From: an uncultured Bacteroidota bacterium
Lineage (GTDB): Bacteria > Bacteroidota > Ignavibacteria > UBA10030 > UBA6906
Direction: 5' to 3'
Assembly: GCA_963734955.1 (NCBI GenBank)
Contig: CAVTJO010000011.1
Span: forward strand, 70,228-134,227
DNA: 64,000 nucleotides
Under the pieces are notes generated by a model. The model saw only the letters and a program-made list of their open reading frames with translations. It was not told the origin of the DNA and made no database searches. Each line of letters opens with the position of its first letter. Positions within the stretch are counted from its first letter, which is position 1. The position numbers were made by a program, and so were the translations under genes. This document shows positions 9,237 to 17,825 of this stretch, in pieces.

Positions 9237-9290
9237 CTGACCGTCTCACCGGGGAGGTAGTTGTGTCTACCCCCTCTCCCTTTCCTTGTG

Positions 9291-10307
9291 CTACTCTAGG
9301 ACAGGCTTAAGAAGTTGATCGAGCGTACGCTTCACCAGCACCGCCACCATACGCTTGCGATACGCCGCGGTTCCACCGATATTCGGCACAGGCTTCACGC
9401 TTGATGCTGCTTCCTCCGCAGCTTGCTCGATCAAAAGAGGCGTGACGTCCTTGCCTTCAAGAAGAGATTCTGCGCTCATGATTCTTACGGGTGCACTTTG
9501 TGTTGCACCAACATATATCCTCAGGTGTGTGAAGACCCGACCGTCTTCAACAACTCCCGCAATCCCTACATTCGCCAGAGGAAAATCCACCGATTGACGC
9601 GTTCGAATCTTGTCATGCGAGGAACGCAAGCCTTGTCGTGGTGCGGGAAGAATAATCCGGGTGAGAAGTTCGCCTGGAGCAAGATTCAGAAACCTTATTC
9701 CATCGTTCGCGTAAAACTCCGGCAGCGGCACAATTCGCTTGCCCTTCACGCTCTGTATTTCAACGGATGCATCAAGTGCCAGCAGTAACGGTGCCGAGTC
9801 GGATGAAGAGACCGCAGAGCATACTGCATTCCCGGGCGCAGCATTGCAGATACCGCCATCATCGTCCGTGGGGACGTTCAGTTTGAGACAGCCGCCAAGC
9901 GAACCACGCCAGAACTCGGACTCGTTATAGAAGTAGCATCGCGTGTCGAGGCAGAGATTGCCACCAATTGTCGCCCTGTTACGGATGGCTGGGGTGGCTA
10001 TCGAAAGGAGGGCTTTCGAAAGTGAAGGGTACGCGGCTTTCAGGACGTCAGACGATGCAACATCACTCAATGTCGCCATTGCTCCGATGCTGATCTCGCC
10101 ACTAGGCAGAACGCTGATGTGTCGGAGTCCATCAACTCTGCCCGGCCAAACCAGTCTGCGGCCGATGTAAACCCCCTGTTTCATGTTCACAAGCAGGTCT
10201 GTACCACCCGCCATGATCTTCACGCCAAAACCGTTCGGACGAAGACTATCCAGAAGCTCCGGCATCGTCCTGGGCATGGCAACATCGAATGAGGGGAGTC
10301 GCATCAT
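9291..10307 (-). CDS. FAD-binding subunit of a xanthine dehydrogenase/4-hydroxybenzoyl-CoA reductase-family molybdoenzyme (HcrB/CoxM-like) with a Cys-rich insertion
   Basis: The product has a CoxM/XdhB FAD-binding fold (IMAGGTDLLVNMK, AIRNRATIGGNLC). A loop carries five Cys (C-x4-C-x15-C-x13-C-x8-C), which resembles the [4Fe-4S]-binding insertion of HcrB. The start overlaps the upstream gene's stop (ATGA). Confidence 0.65.
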   Translation of the reverse strand: MMRLPSFDVAMPRTMPELLDSLRPNGFGVKIMAGGTDLLVNMKQGVYIGRRLVWPGRVDGLRHISVLPSGEISIGAMATLSDVASSDVLKAAYPSLSKALLSIATPAIRNRATIGGNLCLDTRCYFYNESEFWRGSLGGCLKLNVPTDDDGGICNAAPGNAVCSAVSSSDSAPLLLALDASVEIQSVKGKRIVPLPEFYANDGIRFLNLAPGELLTRIILPAPRQGLRSSHDKIRTRQSVDFPLANVGIAGVVEDGRVFTHLRIYVGATQSAPVRIMSAESLLEGKDVTPLLIEQAAEEAASSVKPVPNIGGTAAYRKRMVAVLVKRTLDQLLKPVLE

Positions 10308-13141
10308 TTTGCCGCCCCCTCCACCGATTCAAGGATCCCTTTTTTAGATCGGGTTTGCTCACGCAGGGCGGTCAATACTTTCTCTGGGGTAAACGGCACC
10401 GATGAAAGACGGACCCCGACAGCATCGTAAATTGCGTTCGCTATTGCAGGTGGAACTGCAAGCAGTGGTCCTTCACCTGCTTCCTTGGCGCCCATCGGAC
10501 CTTCCGGGTCGTTGGTCTCTACAATGGTTACTTCGATTGGAGGAGTATCAAGCGCCGTCGGTATCTTGTAATCCAGCAGGGAAATCGCTTTTAACAGCCC
10601 GCCCGGTGTGCCCTTCGTTGTACGCGTATAGGTCATCTCCTCTGTGAGGGCCTCGCCAATTCCCATATGCACAGATCCCTCGATCTGCCCCTCCACGAGA
10701 GTCTTGTTCAGCGCCTTTCCACAATCATGCGCCGACCACACCTTGCATACTTTCACATGGCCAGTTTCTTCGTCCACCTCCACCTCTGCAACATGGGCAG
10801 TGAAACTGTAGGATGGCGAGGGTCCGGCACCAGCGCCTTTATAGGTTCCACCAAGTTGCGGAGGAGCGTACCAGCCTACTGCGGAGAGCGTACCGAATTT
10901 AGCCTCTGTAAGTCGCGCTGCTTCAATGAAACCGAGACGCTTTGTCGAATCATCATGAACAAGAATCTCACCCGATCTGACGACGAGATTCTCCTTCACA
11001 GTCTGCAACTTCTCTGCTGCAGCCTCAAGGAGCTTGCTCTTAAGATCCTCTGTTGCGCGAAGCACCGCATTCCCCGCCATGAATGTCACTCTACTGGAAT
11101 AACTCCCGAGGTCCACGGGAGTAAGATCGGTGTCGGCTTCATACACTCGAACATGGCCGATGTCGATGCCGAGGGTTTGTGCGGTGAGCTGTGCGAGCAC
11201 AGTGCTTGAGCCCTGCCCGATGTCTGATGAACCGCAAAACACAGTTACACCTCCCCCTCGATCAATCTTCACGACGGCCCCCGAGTGTGGCAACCCCAAC
11301 CAGTTGATCTCCTTCCCCGCCCCACTGATATATGCACTGACTGCAAGACCGATGCCCCTGCCCCGCGGAAGTTTACCCCGCTTCTCATACCAGCCGGATG
11401 CCTTCACAACAGTTTCAATACAATCCTTTACACCACAACTTGTAATGCGGAGTGAGTTGATGGTCATCGAGTTTGGTTCGACGAGATTCCTCAGTCGTAT
11501 CTCTGCCGGGTCAATTCCCAGATGCTCCGCAATGCGATCCAAATGAGCTTCGAATGCAAACCGTGGCTGTACCGCACCGTGGCCTCGCTTTGGACCAGCA
11601 GGGGGTTTATTCGTATAGAAGCGCGTGCTCTCAAACTTGTACCGGGGTACCTTGTACGGCAACGTAAGAAGCTGCCCCGAATAGTAGGTGGTGACGAGCC
11701 CATAGCTGCCATACGCACCGCCGTCAAGCATGCCTTTGTACTGGATGGCTGTTATCGATCCGTCTTTCTTCACTCCGGTCTTGAGGAACATCTTCGTTGC
11801 ATGACGACCGCGATGTGAATAGAACACTTCTTCACGAGTGTATGTGATCTTCACCGGACGACCGGACTTGATCGAAAGCCAGGCTGCACAGAACTCCAAC
11901 GCAAACGGTTCGGACTTTCCACCAAAGCCCCCCCCAAGATGAGGCTTGATGACCCGGATATGACTGGCTGGCATCTCCAGCACTTTGGCAAGCGTCCGAT
12001 GGACGTAGTGCGGCGCCTGGGTGGCTGACCAGACGGTCAAATGTCCATCCTTGTAGCTTTCCGATTGATTCGGTGGCTCAAATGATGCCAGTGCCGAATG
12101 TGGTTCAAGCATCGCATGCGTGCTGGCCCCGTAATAGAACTCATCCTCCCTTATGTAATCGGCCTCAGCAAAACCTTCTTCGACATTCCCGAACTCAAGC
12201 TCAACGTGCTTTGCCGCGTTGTTCTCGTACTTGGTCTCAATATGGATCTTTGGAAGATCAGTCCGTACGGCATCTTCCATCGAGAGAACAGAAGGCAATA
12301 ACTCATAGCGAACTTTGATGAGCTTCAGCGCCTCCTGTGCTGTGTGTTCGTCCACTGCGGCAACTGCGGCCACGCCATCACCGATAAACCTCACCTTGTC
12401 GATGCAGAGTGCAGTTTCATCCTGACTCGCCGGAAGGACACCGTACTTCGTCTGCAGTTCAGATCCAATCATCACAGCAACAACACCGGGAAGAGCCTCT
12501 GCCTTTGAGGTATCAATCGAAACAATCTTCGCATGTGGGTGTGGGCTCCGGAGAATCTTCCCATAAAGCATTCTCGGCAATGTCATGTCATCGGTGTATT
12601 TCGCTCCACCAGTTACCTGACCGATGGCATCCACTTTAATTGGTGAAAACAGAGGTTCATTCAATCCCTGGCTAACACTCTGGACGGCCTCAACGATCTT
12701 TGTGTAGCCGGTACAGCGACACATGTTCCCCGATAGCTGTTCGCGTATCGCCTCCTCCGATGGTGAGTCGTTGGAGCCAAGCATCGCTTTTGAGGTGAGG
12801 ATCATTCCGGGGGTGCAGAAACCGCATTGAGATGCACCATGATGAAGGAAGGATTTTTGGAGAGGATGAAGAACACCGTTGTGGGCCAAACCCTCGATGG
12901 TCTCGATTGAGCTGCCATCTACGGTCACTGCAAGGATCAAACAGGAAACAACCGGCTTGCCATCAATGAGCACAGTGCATGCGCCACAATCCCCCGCGTC
13001 GCAGCCAATTTTCACTCCTGTCAACCCCAACTGCTCACGCAATACTTCGGCAAGTGTCCAGTGAGATTCTACAGCAAGCTCCCTGGGCTCTTGGTTCACC
13101 GTGAGTGTAATTAACTGTCTTGCCATTCCTGTCTCAGCCAA
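10304..13141 (-). CDS. fused [2Fe-2S] small subunit plus molybdopterin large subunit of an aldehyde oxidase/xanthine dehydrogenase-family enzyme (HcrC-HcrA-like fusion)
   Basis: The N-terminal ~160 aa carry both 2Fe-2S motifs (CDAGDCGACTV, CGFCTPGM, CRCTGY). The rest is an a/b-hammerhead plus Mo-cofactor-binding large subunit, 945 aa in total. Confidence 0.75.
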   Translation of the reverse strand: MAETGMARQLITLTVNQEPRELAVESHWTLAEVLREQLGLTGVKIGCDAGDCGACTVLIDGKPVVSCLILAVTVDGSSIETIEGLAHNGVLHPLQKSFLHHGASQCGFCTPGMILTSKAMLGSNDSPSEEAIREQLSGNMCRCTGYTKIVEAVQSVSQGLNEPLFSPIKVDAIGQVTGGAKYTDDMTLPRMLYGKILRSPHPHAKIVSIDTSKAEALPGVVAVMIGSELQTKYGVLPASQDETALCIDKVRFIGDGVAAVAAVDEHTAQEALKLIKVRYELLPSVLSMEDAVRTDLPKIHIETKYENNAAKHVELEFGNVEEGFAEADYIREDEFYYGASTHAMLEPHSALASFEPPNQSESYKDGHLTVWSATQAPHYVHRTLAKVLEMPASHIRVIKPHLGGGFGGKSEPFALEFCAAWLSIKSGRPVKITYTREEVFYSHRGRHATKMFLKTGVKKDGSITAIQYKGMLDGGAYGSYGLVTTYYSGQLLTLPYKVPRYKFESTRFYTNKPPAGPKRGHGAVQPRFAFEAHLDRIAEHLGIDPAEIRLRNLVEPNSMTINSLRITSCGVKDCIETVVKASGWYEKRGKLPRGRGIGLAVSAYISGAGKEINWLGLPHSGAVVKIDRGGGVTVFCGSSDIGQGSSTVLAQLTAQTLGIDIGHVRVYEADTDLTPVDLGSYSSRVTFMAGNAVLRATEDLKSKLLEAAAEKLQTVKENLVVRSGEILVHDDSTKRLGFIEAARLTEAKFGTLSAVGWYAPPQLGGTYKGAGAGPSPSYSFTAHVAEVEVDEETGHVKVCKVWSAHDCGKALNKTLVEGQIEGSVHMGIGEALTEEMTYTRTTKGTPGGLLKAISLLDYKIPTALDTPPIEVTIVETNDPEGPMGAKEAGEGPLLAVPPAIANAIYDAVGVRLSSVPFTPEKVLTALREQTRSKKGILESVEGAAK

Positions 13142-13150
13142 ACATCGTCG

Positions 13151-13777
13151 TTATGACGAGAGAATGCTGGAGGTGGAGAGTTCTTTTCCCCGCCTGAACG
13201 CCCGGCGGTTCAGTTCGAGAATCTTGGGATTGAGCGACTCCCTCATGATTGCCTCCCAATGCTCATCGGCAATACCGGTATGTTCAGCCATCGCGCCCAT
13301 GAGCACAATATTCGCCGCGCGATAGTTGCCCAACTCAGTCGCACTTGAATTGGCATCGATACATACGACCCGGTACTCCTTGGCAGTAAGAAACTCGACG
13401 ACGTTCTCCGGATATTGGACGGGCTTGTCCGTGAGGCGGGCTGGAACACGAACTTCATCGTTGAGGATGATGAGTCCACCTTCTCTTACGAAGTGAGCCC
13501 AGCGGAGACCCTCAAGTTTTTCCAACGAAAGAAGTATGTCAACCTCCCCGGCTGGCGAAAGCGGAGAATACACCTTTGGCCCAAAGCGCACATGACTGAC
13601 CACGCTCCCGCCCCGTTGCGCTGCGCCGTGAACTTCCGTCTTCTTTGCATCAAAGCCAGCACGAATCGCTGCGCGGGCCGCAAGTTCAGAGACCAACAGG
13701 ATACCCTGTCCACCAACACCAGCGAAGAGAAGATTTTTTCCCGAATGGTTTACGTATATCGGATTCCGGGATATCAT
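13151..13777 (-). CDS. iorB: indolepyruvate:ferredoxin oxidoreductase beta subunit
   Basis: The product belongs to the POR-gamma/IorB family (LLFAGVGGQGILL). The start is at internal Met58 (MISRNP), preceded by aaggtgg. The listed ORF extends upstream into iorA. Confidence 0.75.
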   Translation of the reverse strand: MISRNPIYVNHSGKNLLFAGVGGQGILLVSELAARAAIRAGFDAKKTEVHGAAQRGGSVVSHVRFGPKVYSPLSPAGEVDILLSLEKLEGLRWAHFVREGGLIILNDEVRVPARLTDKPVQYPENVVEFLTAKEYRVVCIDANSSATELGNYRAANIVLMGAMAEHTGIADEHWEAIMRESLNPKILELNRRAFRRGKELSTSSILSS

Positions 13778-13796
13778 AGTCCACCTTGAGATTTCA

Positions 13797-15575
13797 TCAT
13801 GAGACTGCTTCTTGTCCAATGGGTCTGATCGCATCAAATGCGCAGAGCTTTGCACAAAGGTCGCAGCCGATGCAGCGTTCTTTTGATATGGAGGGCACGG
13901 CGTCCAATCCACCAATGGCCGGGCAACCAATCTTGAGGCAAAGGTCACATTCCTCGCACAACTCTTCGATCACCTCATAGGGCTGGTGAGGCTTTGCTCT
14001 CTCATCTTCGAGCAATACGCAAGGGCGGCGTGAGATAACGACGGCAGGTTCCTCGAGTGCCATCGCTTCTTTGATCGTCTTCTCCGTTACCTCAATATCA
14101 TACGGATCGACGACGCGAATGTGTTTCACACCGATGGCACGAATCAGTTCCTCATACTTGATTGCATACGTGTCACGGTTTTTGACAGTCTTCCCCATAC
14201 CTGGATGTTGCTGATGACCCGTCATTCCAGTTGTGGAATTATCCATCAGGATAACCGTGGTAACGCCCTGGTTGAAAACAACGTCAATCAATGGCGCAAT
14301 GCCGCTGTGGAGAAACGTCGAATCGCCGATGACTGCAACGAGCTTTTTGCCCATTGTGCCGCGATGCACCTTTTCCATGCCGAACGCGTTGCCAACTCCG
14401 GCACCCATGCAAAACGTCGTGTCGAGTGCGTTGAATGGATGGAGCGCACCTAACGTGTAGCATCCGATGTCACCCGTAACAACTGCCTTGAGCTTGTGGA
14501 GCACGTAGTACACTCCGCTGTGAGGGCAACCGGGACACATCACCGGTGGACGCATGGGGACCGAAATTTCCGATTCAAAAGATTTCCGCCCATCCCCTCC
14601 AAACAAAGACTTGCGCAGGATATCCGGGGAGAGTTCAAACATCTTCGGAACAACATCCTTGCCAATGATTGCGCTCTCTCCGCGCGAGTTCCTGACACCG
14701 ATGATCTTAAGATGCTCCTCAATAAACGGTTCAAGTTCTTCGATAACGTAGATCTTCTCTACCTGACTGCAGAAGTCGAGCAGCATCTTCTTCGGCATCG
14801 GATAGACCATACCAAGTTTCAGGATCGAGACATTGCCGAATATCTCCTTTGCGTACTGATAGCTGATGCCGCTGGTGATGACTCCGATCTCTTTCGAACG
14901 CCACTCAATCGTGTTAAGCGGGAATGTCTCGCTAAACTCCTCCAATTTCTTCAACCGGTCATCGACGTTCTGACGCAAGCGCTTGCCATGGATGGGAACA
15001 ACATGCTTGGCTGGGTCCTGCTTGTATTTCTTCGGCAGCATCCGATCAGCTTCGCCCATGTCTACCACCGACTTTGAATGCGATGTACGAGTCGTCGTTC
15101 GCAGGAATACGGGAACGTCGAACTGTTCGCTCATGTCGAAGGCGGCTTTGACATATTCTTTCGCCTCCTGGCTGTCTGAAGGCTCGAGCATCGGGATCTT
15201 CGCGAATTTTGCGAGGTAACGGTTGTCCTGCTCATTCTGCGAAGAATGCATGCCCGGATCATCGGCCGTAATCACAACAAAACCGCCGTGCACACCGGCA
15301 AAGGGTGTCACCATCACGGAGTCGAGGGCGACGTTCACACCAACGTGCTTCATCGACACAAGCGACCTGCCACCCGCAAGCGAGGCACCGTAGGCAACAT
15401 CGAACGCCACCTTTTCGTTGGTGGACCATTCGACATCGATGTCTTCGTAACGGGCGAGATTCTCAATAATTTCGGTGCTCGGCGTGCCGGGGTAGCCTGC
15501 AGCAACATGCACTCCGGCTTCCCATGCGCCGCGTGCGATTGCTTCGTTGCCGGAGAGAAACTGTTTGGTTGGCAT
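13797..15575 (-). CDS. iorA: indolepyruvate:ferredoxin oxidoreductase alpha subunit (TPP-binding, C-terminal 2x[4Fe-4S])
   Basis: The 592 aa product has the IorA N-terminus (GNEAIARGAWEAGVHVAAGYPGTPSTEI), a TPP motif (GDSTFLHSG), and C-terminal ferredoxin motifs (CEECDLCLKIGCP, CIGCDLCAKLC). Confidence 0.8.
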   Translation of the reverse strand: MPTKQFLSGNEAIARGAWEAGVHVAAGYPGTPSTEIIENLARYEDIDVEWSTNEKVAFDVAYGASLAGGRSLVSMKHVGVNVALDSVMVTPFAGVHGGFVVITADDPGMHSSQNEQDNRYLAKFAKIPMLEPSDSQEAKEYVKAAFDMSEQFDVPVFLRTTTRTSHSKSVVDMGEADRMLPKKYKQDPAKHVVPIHGKRLRQNVDDRLKKLEEFSETFPLNTIEWRSKEIGVITSGISYQYAKEIFGNVSILKLGMVYPMPKKMLLDFCSQVEKIYVIEELEPFIEEHLKIIGVRNSRGESAIIGKDVVPKMFELSPDILRKSLFGGDGRKSFESEISVPMRPPVMCPGCPHSGVYYVLHKLKAVVTGDIGCYTLGALHPFNALDTTFCMGAGVGNAFGMEKVHRGTMGKKLVAVIGDSTFLHSGIAPLIDVVFNQGVTTVILMDNSTTGMTGHQQHPGMGKTVKNRDTYAIKYEELIRAIGVKHIRVVDPYDIEVTEKTIKEAMALEEPAVVISRRPCVLLEDERAKPHQPYEVIEELCEECDLCLKIGCPAIGGLDAVPSISKERCIGCDLCAKLCAFDAIRPIGQEAVS

Positions 15576-16756
15576 CAGTACGAACCCTTCTTTATCAAAT
15601 CACGCGCAATGACAAGGTGCTGGATCTCGTTTGTCCCCTCAAAGATGCGGTTGACGCGGGCATCACGATAGAATCTCTCGATCGGATAATCACGCATGTA
15701 CCCCATCCCGCCGTGAATTTGCATTGCCCGGTCTGCAACAGAACAAACCATCTCGGTGGCGGCAAGCTTGCACATTGCCGATTCCCGACTGAACGATTGA
15801 CTGCCACGACCATGGTTGGACAGCGCCTCATCGACCATCATGGCTGTTCGGTACACAATGCTCTCGATCTGGAAGATCTCCGTCGCCATATCAGCCATCA
15901 TAAGCTGCACTGCCTGCTGTTCTGCAATTGGTTTGCCGAACTGTACGCGCTGGCTCGCGTGCTTGATGCTGAGGCCGAGCATTTCCTTCGCCGCACCAAG
16001 ACATTGCGAAGAGAGGCTGACCCTGGCAACATCGAGTGTTTGCATTGCCACCTTGAATCCATTCCCGACACCGCCAAGAATATTGTCCGGCGGAACCTGA
16101 ACATTTTCAAAAAACAAATCGGTTGTGTGTGATCCACGGATGCCCATTTTCCGTTCCGGCTTGCCGGCACGGAACCCGGGCCACTCTTTCTCGATGATGA
16201 AGGCCGTGACGCCTCCGTGCATTCGCTTCTCCGAATCAGTCACAGCAAATACAACGAGCACATCCGCAATGGAGCCGTTAGTAATGAACGTCTTGCTGCC
16301 ATTCAGCGTATAGCAATTACCGCGTTGCTGCGCGCTCGTTTTCATTGCACCGGCGTCTGAGCCAGCCCCCGGCTCGGTGAGTGCGAATGTCGCAAGTTTC
16401 TTCCCTTCGGTGAGTTGGTGGAGATACCTTTGCTTTTGCTCCTCGGTACCTGCCAGGTAGATTGCCATTGAACCGAGACTCTGGTGACCGCCGATAACAA
16501 CTGCCGTTGAATTACATCCGCGAGCAATCTCTTCCAGCATCATACAATACCCTGTCTCCCCAAATCCACCGCCTCCGTATTCAGGCGGGAACACAACTCC
16601 GAGGAATCCAAGCTCAGCCGCCTTCTTTATGAGATCGAGAGGAACTTCTTCTTTCTCATCGATCTCCGCGGCGCGGGGACGAACTTCGTTGTTGGTGAAA
16701 CGTCGGGCCACATCGCGAAGCATTTCCTGTTCAGGTGTAAATGTAAAGTCGATCAT
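15575..16756 (-). CDS. acyl-CoA dehydrogenase (possibly glutaryl-/short-chain acyl-CoA specific)
   Basis: This 393 aa protein has the ACAD N, middle and C-terminal domains ([12 protein letters not shown], catalytic region [17 protein letters not shown]). Confidence 0.8.
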   Translation of the reverse strand: MIDFTFTPEQEMLRDVARRFTNNEVRPRAAEIDEKEEVPLDLIKKAAELGFLGVVFPPEYGGGGFGETGYCMMLEEIARGCNSTAVVIGGHQSLGSMAIYLAGTEEQKQRYLHQLTEGKKLATFALTEPGAGSDAGAMKTSAQQRGNCYTLNGSKTFITNGSIADVLVVFAVTDSEKRMHGGVTAFIIEKEWPGFRAGKPERKMGIRGSHTTDLFFENVQVPPDNILGGVGNGFKVAMQTLDVARVSLSSQCLGAAKEMLGLSIKHASQRVQFGKPIAEQQAVQLMMADMATEIFQIESIVYRTAMMVDEALSNHGRGSQSFSRESAMCKLAATEMVCSVADRAMQIHGGMGYMRDYPIERFYRDARVNRIFEGTNEIQHLVIARDLIKKGSY

Positions 16757-16764
16757 CCTCTCAC

Positions 16765-17793
16765 TTATGGTACAACGATTGACCGGAGAGCGTTCTCATC
16801 ATGCTTGCGCAACAAATCGAACGCGTCGTTAATTTGTTCCAGCTTGAACTTCTGCGTTACCAGCTCTTTTACTTTGATCTTTCCGATACGACAGAGTTCT
16901 ATGAGCTTCGGATAATCCACAGGACGGCAGCCCAGTGAACCCCGCACCTCCATCTCGAAGTACATGATCTTCGCAGCGCTCAGCTTGATGTCTTCGTTCG
17001 TGTAGCCAACCACAACGAGTCTGCCGCCCTTACGAAGCGTGTTGAATGCAATCTCAATCGTCTGTGCTCTGCCAATCGCTTCGATGGCAATATCGGCACC
17101 ACCACCGGTAAGTTTCTTGACTTCCTTACCGAGGTTCTCAACCTTCGTTGAATTGATGGTATACGTCGCTCCCAACTTCTTCGCCCACTCAAGCTTCTTG
17201 TCAGAGACGTCAACGGCAATAACGATACCTCCGCATGCAGCAGCGACCTGGACAACGTTCACACCCACTCCTCCACATCCCAACACCACCACACTGTCGC
17301 CCGCCCTGACTTCCGCACGGTTCTTCACCGCGTGGTACGGCGTCGAGATTGCATCGGCAATGATCGAACCCTCTTCGAGCGGGATTTCGTTGGGGAGATG
17401 GAAAGCGTCTTTGGCCGGAACGACGACATACTCCGCATAAGCTCCATCGATATTGTTGCCGAACATTGTCATCGTCTGACAGATATTCTCGCGGCCGGTC
17501 CGACAGAATTCGCATGAGCCACAGGTGAGAACTGCCGGTAATAGCACGCGATCACTCTCTTTGAAGTTCTTCACTTCCTTGCCGACCTGAGCCACGATGC
17601 CAGAGGGTTCATGTCCCAGGATGAGTGGTGGTTTCTTGAACGTCTGCACGCCGTGATCGAGATAATGAAGATCGGTGTGGCATACGCCGCAAGCCGCAAC
17701 CTTCACCAACACTTCGTGCGCATTGATGGTCGGCGTTGGGACTTCTTCAATCTTGAGCGGCTGATTGGGTCCGTGGTAGACTGCTGCTTTCAT
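16765..17793 (-). CDS. zinc-dependent MDR alcohol dehydrogenase (candidate 6-hydroxycyclohex-1-ene-1-carbonyl-CoA dehydrogenase, Had-like)
   Basis: The product has the catalytic Zn motif CGVCHTD, the structural Zn Cys cluster (CGSCEFC) and a Rossmann fold (VLGCGGVGV). The Had assignment comes from context only. Confidence 0.75.
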   Translation of the reverse strand: MKAAVYHGPNQPLKIEEVPTPTINAHEVLVKVAACGVCHTDLHYLDHGVQTFKKPPLILGHEPSGIVAQVGKEVKNFKESDRVLLPAVLTCGSCEFCRTGRENICQTMTMFGNNIDGAYAEYVVVPAKDAFHLPNEIPLEEGSIIADAISTPYHAVKNRAEVRAGDSVVVLGCGGVGVNVVQVAAACGGIVIAVDVSDKKLEWAKKLGATYTINSTKVENLGKEVKKLTGGGADIAIEAIGRAQTIEIAFNTLRKGGRLVVVGYTNEDIKLSAAKIMYFEMEVRGSLGCRPVDYPKLIELCRIGKIKVKELVTQKFKLEQINDAFDLLRKHDENALRSIVVP

Positions 17794-17825
17794 TTGGTCG
17801 CTAGGGATTTAACTGCTGTTGCCCG

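Noticed and set aside
14496-16132. Plus-strand ORFs of 193, 141 and 202 aa
   Set aside because: They are antisense to iorA and the acyl-CoA dehydrogenase and have no domain signatures. The minus-strand genes have clear family motifs.
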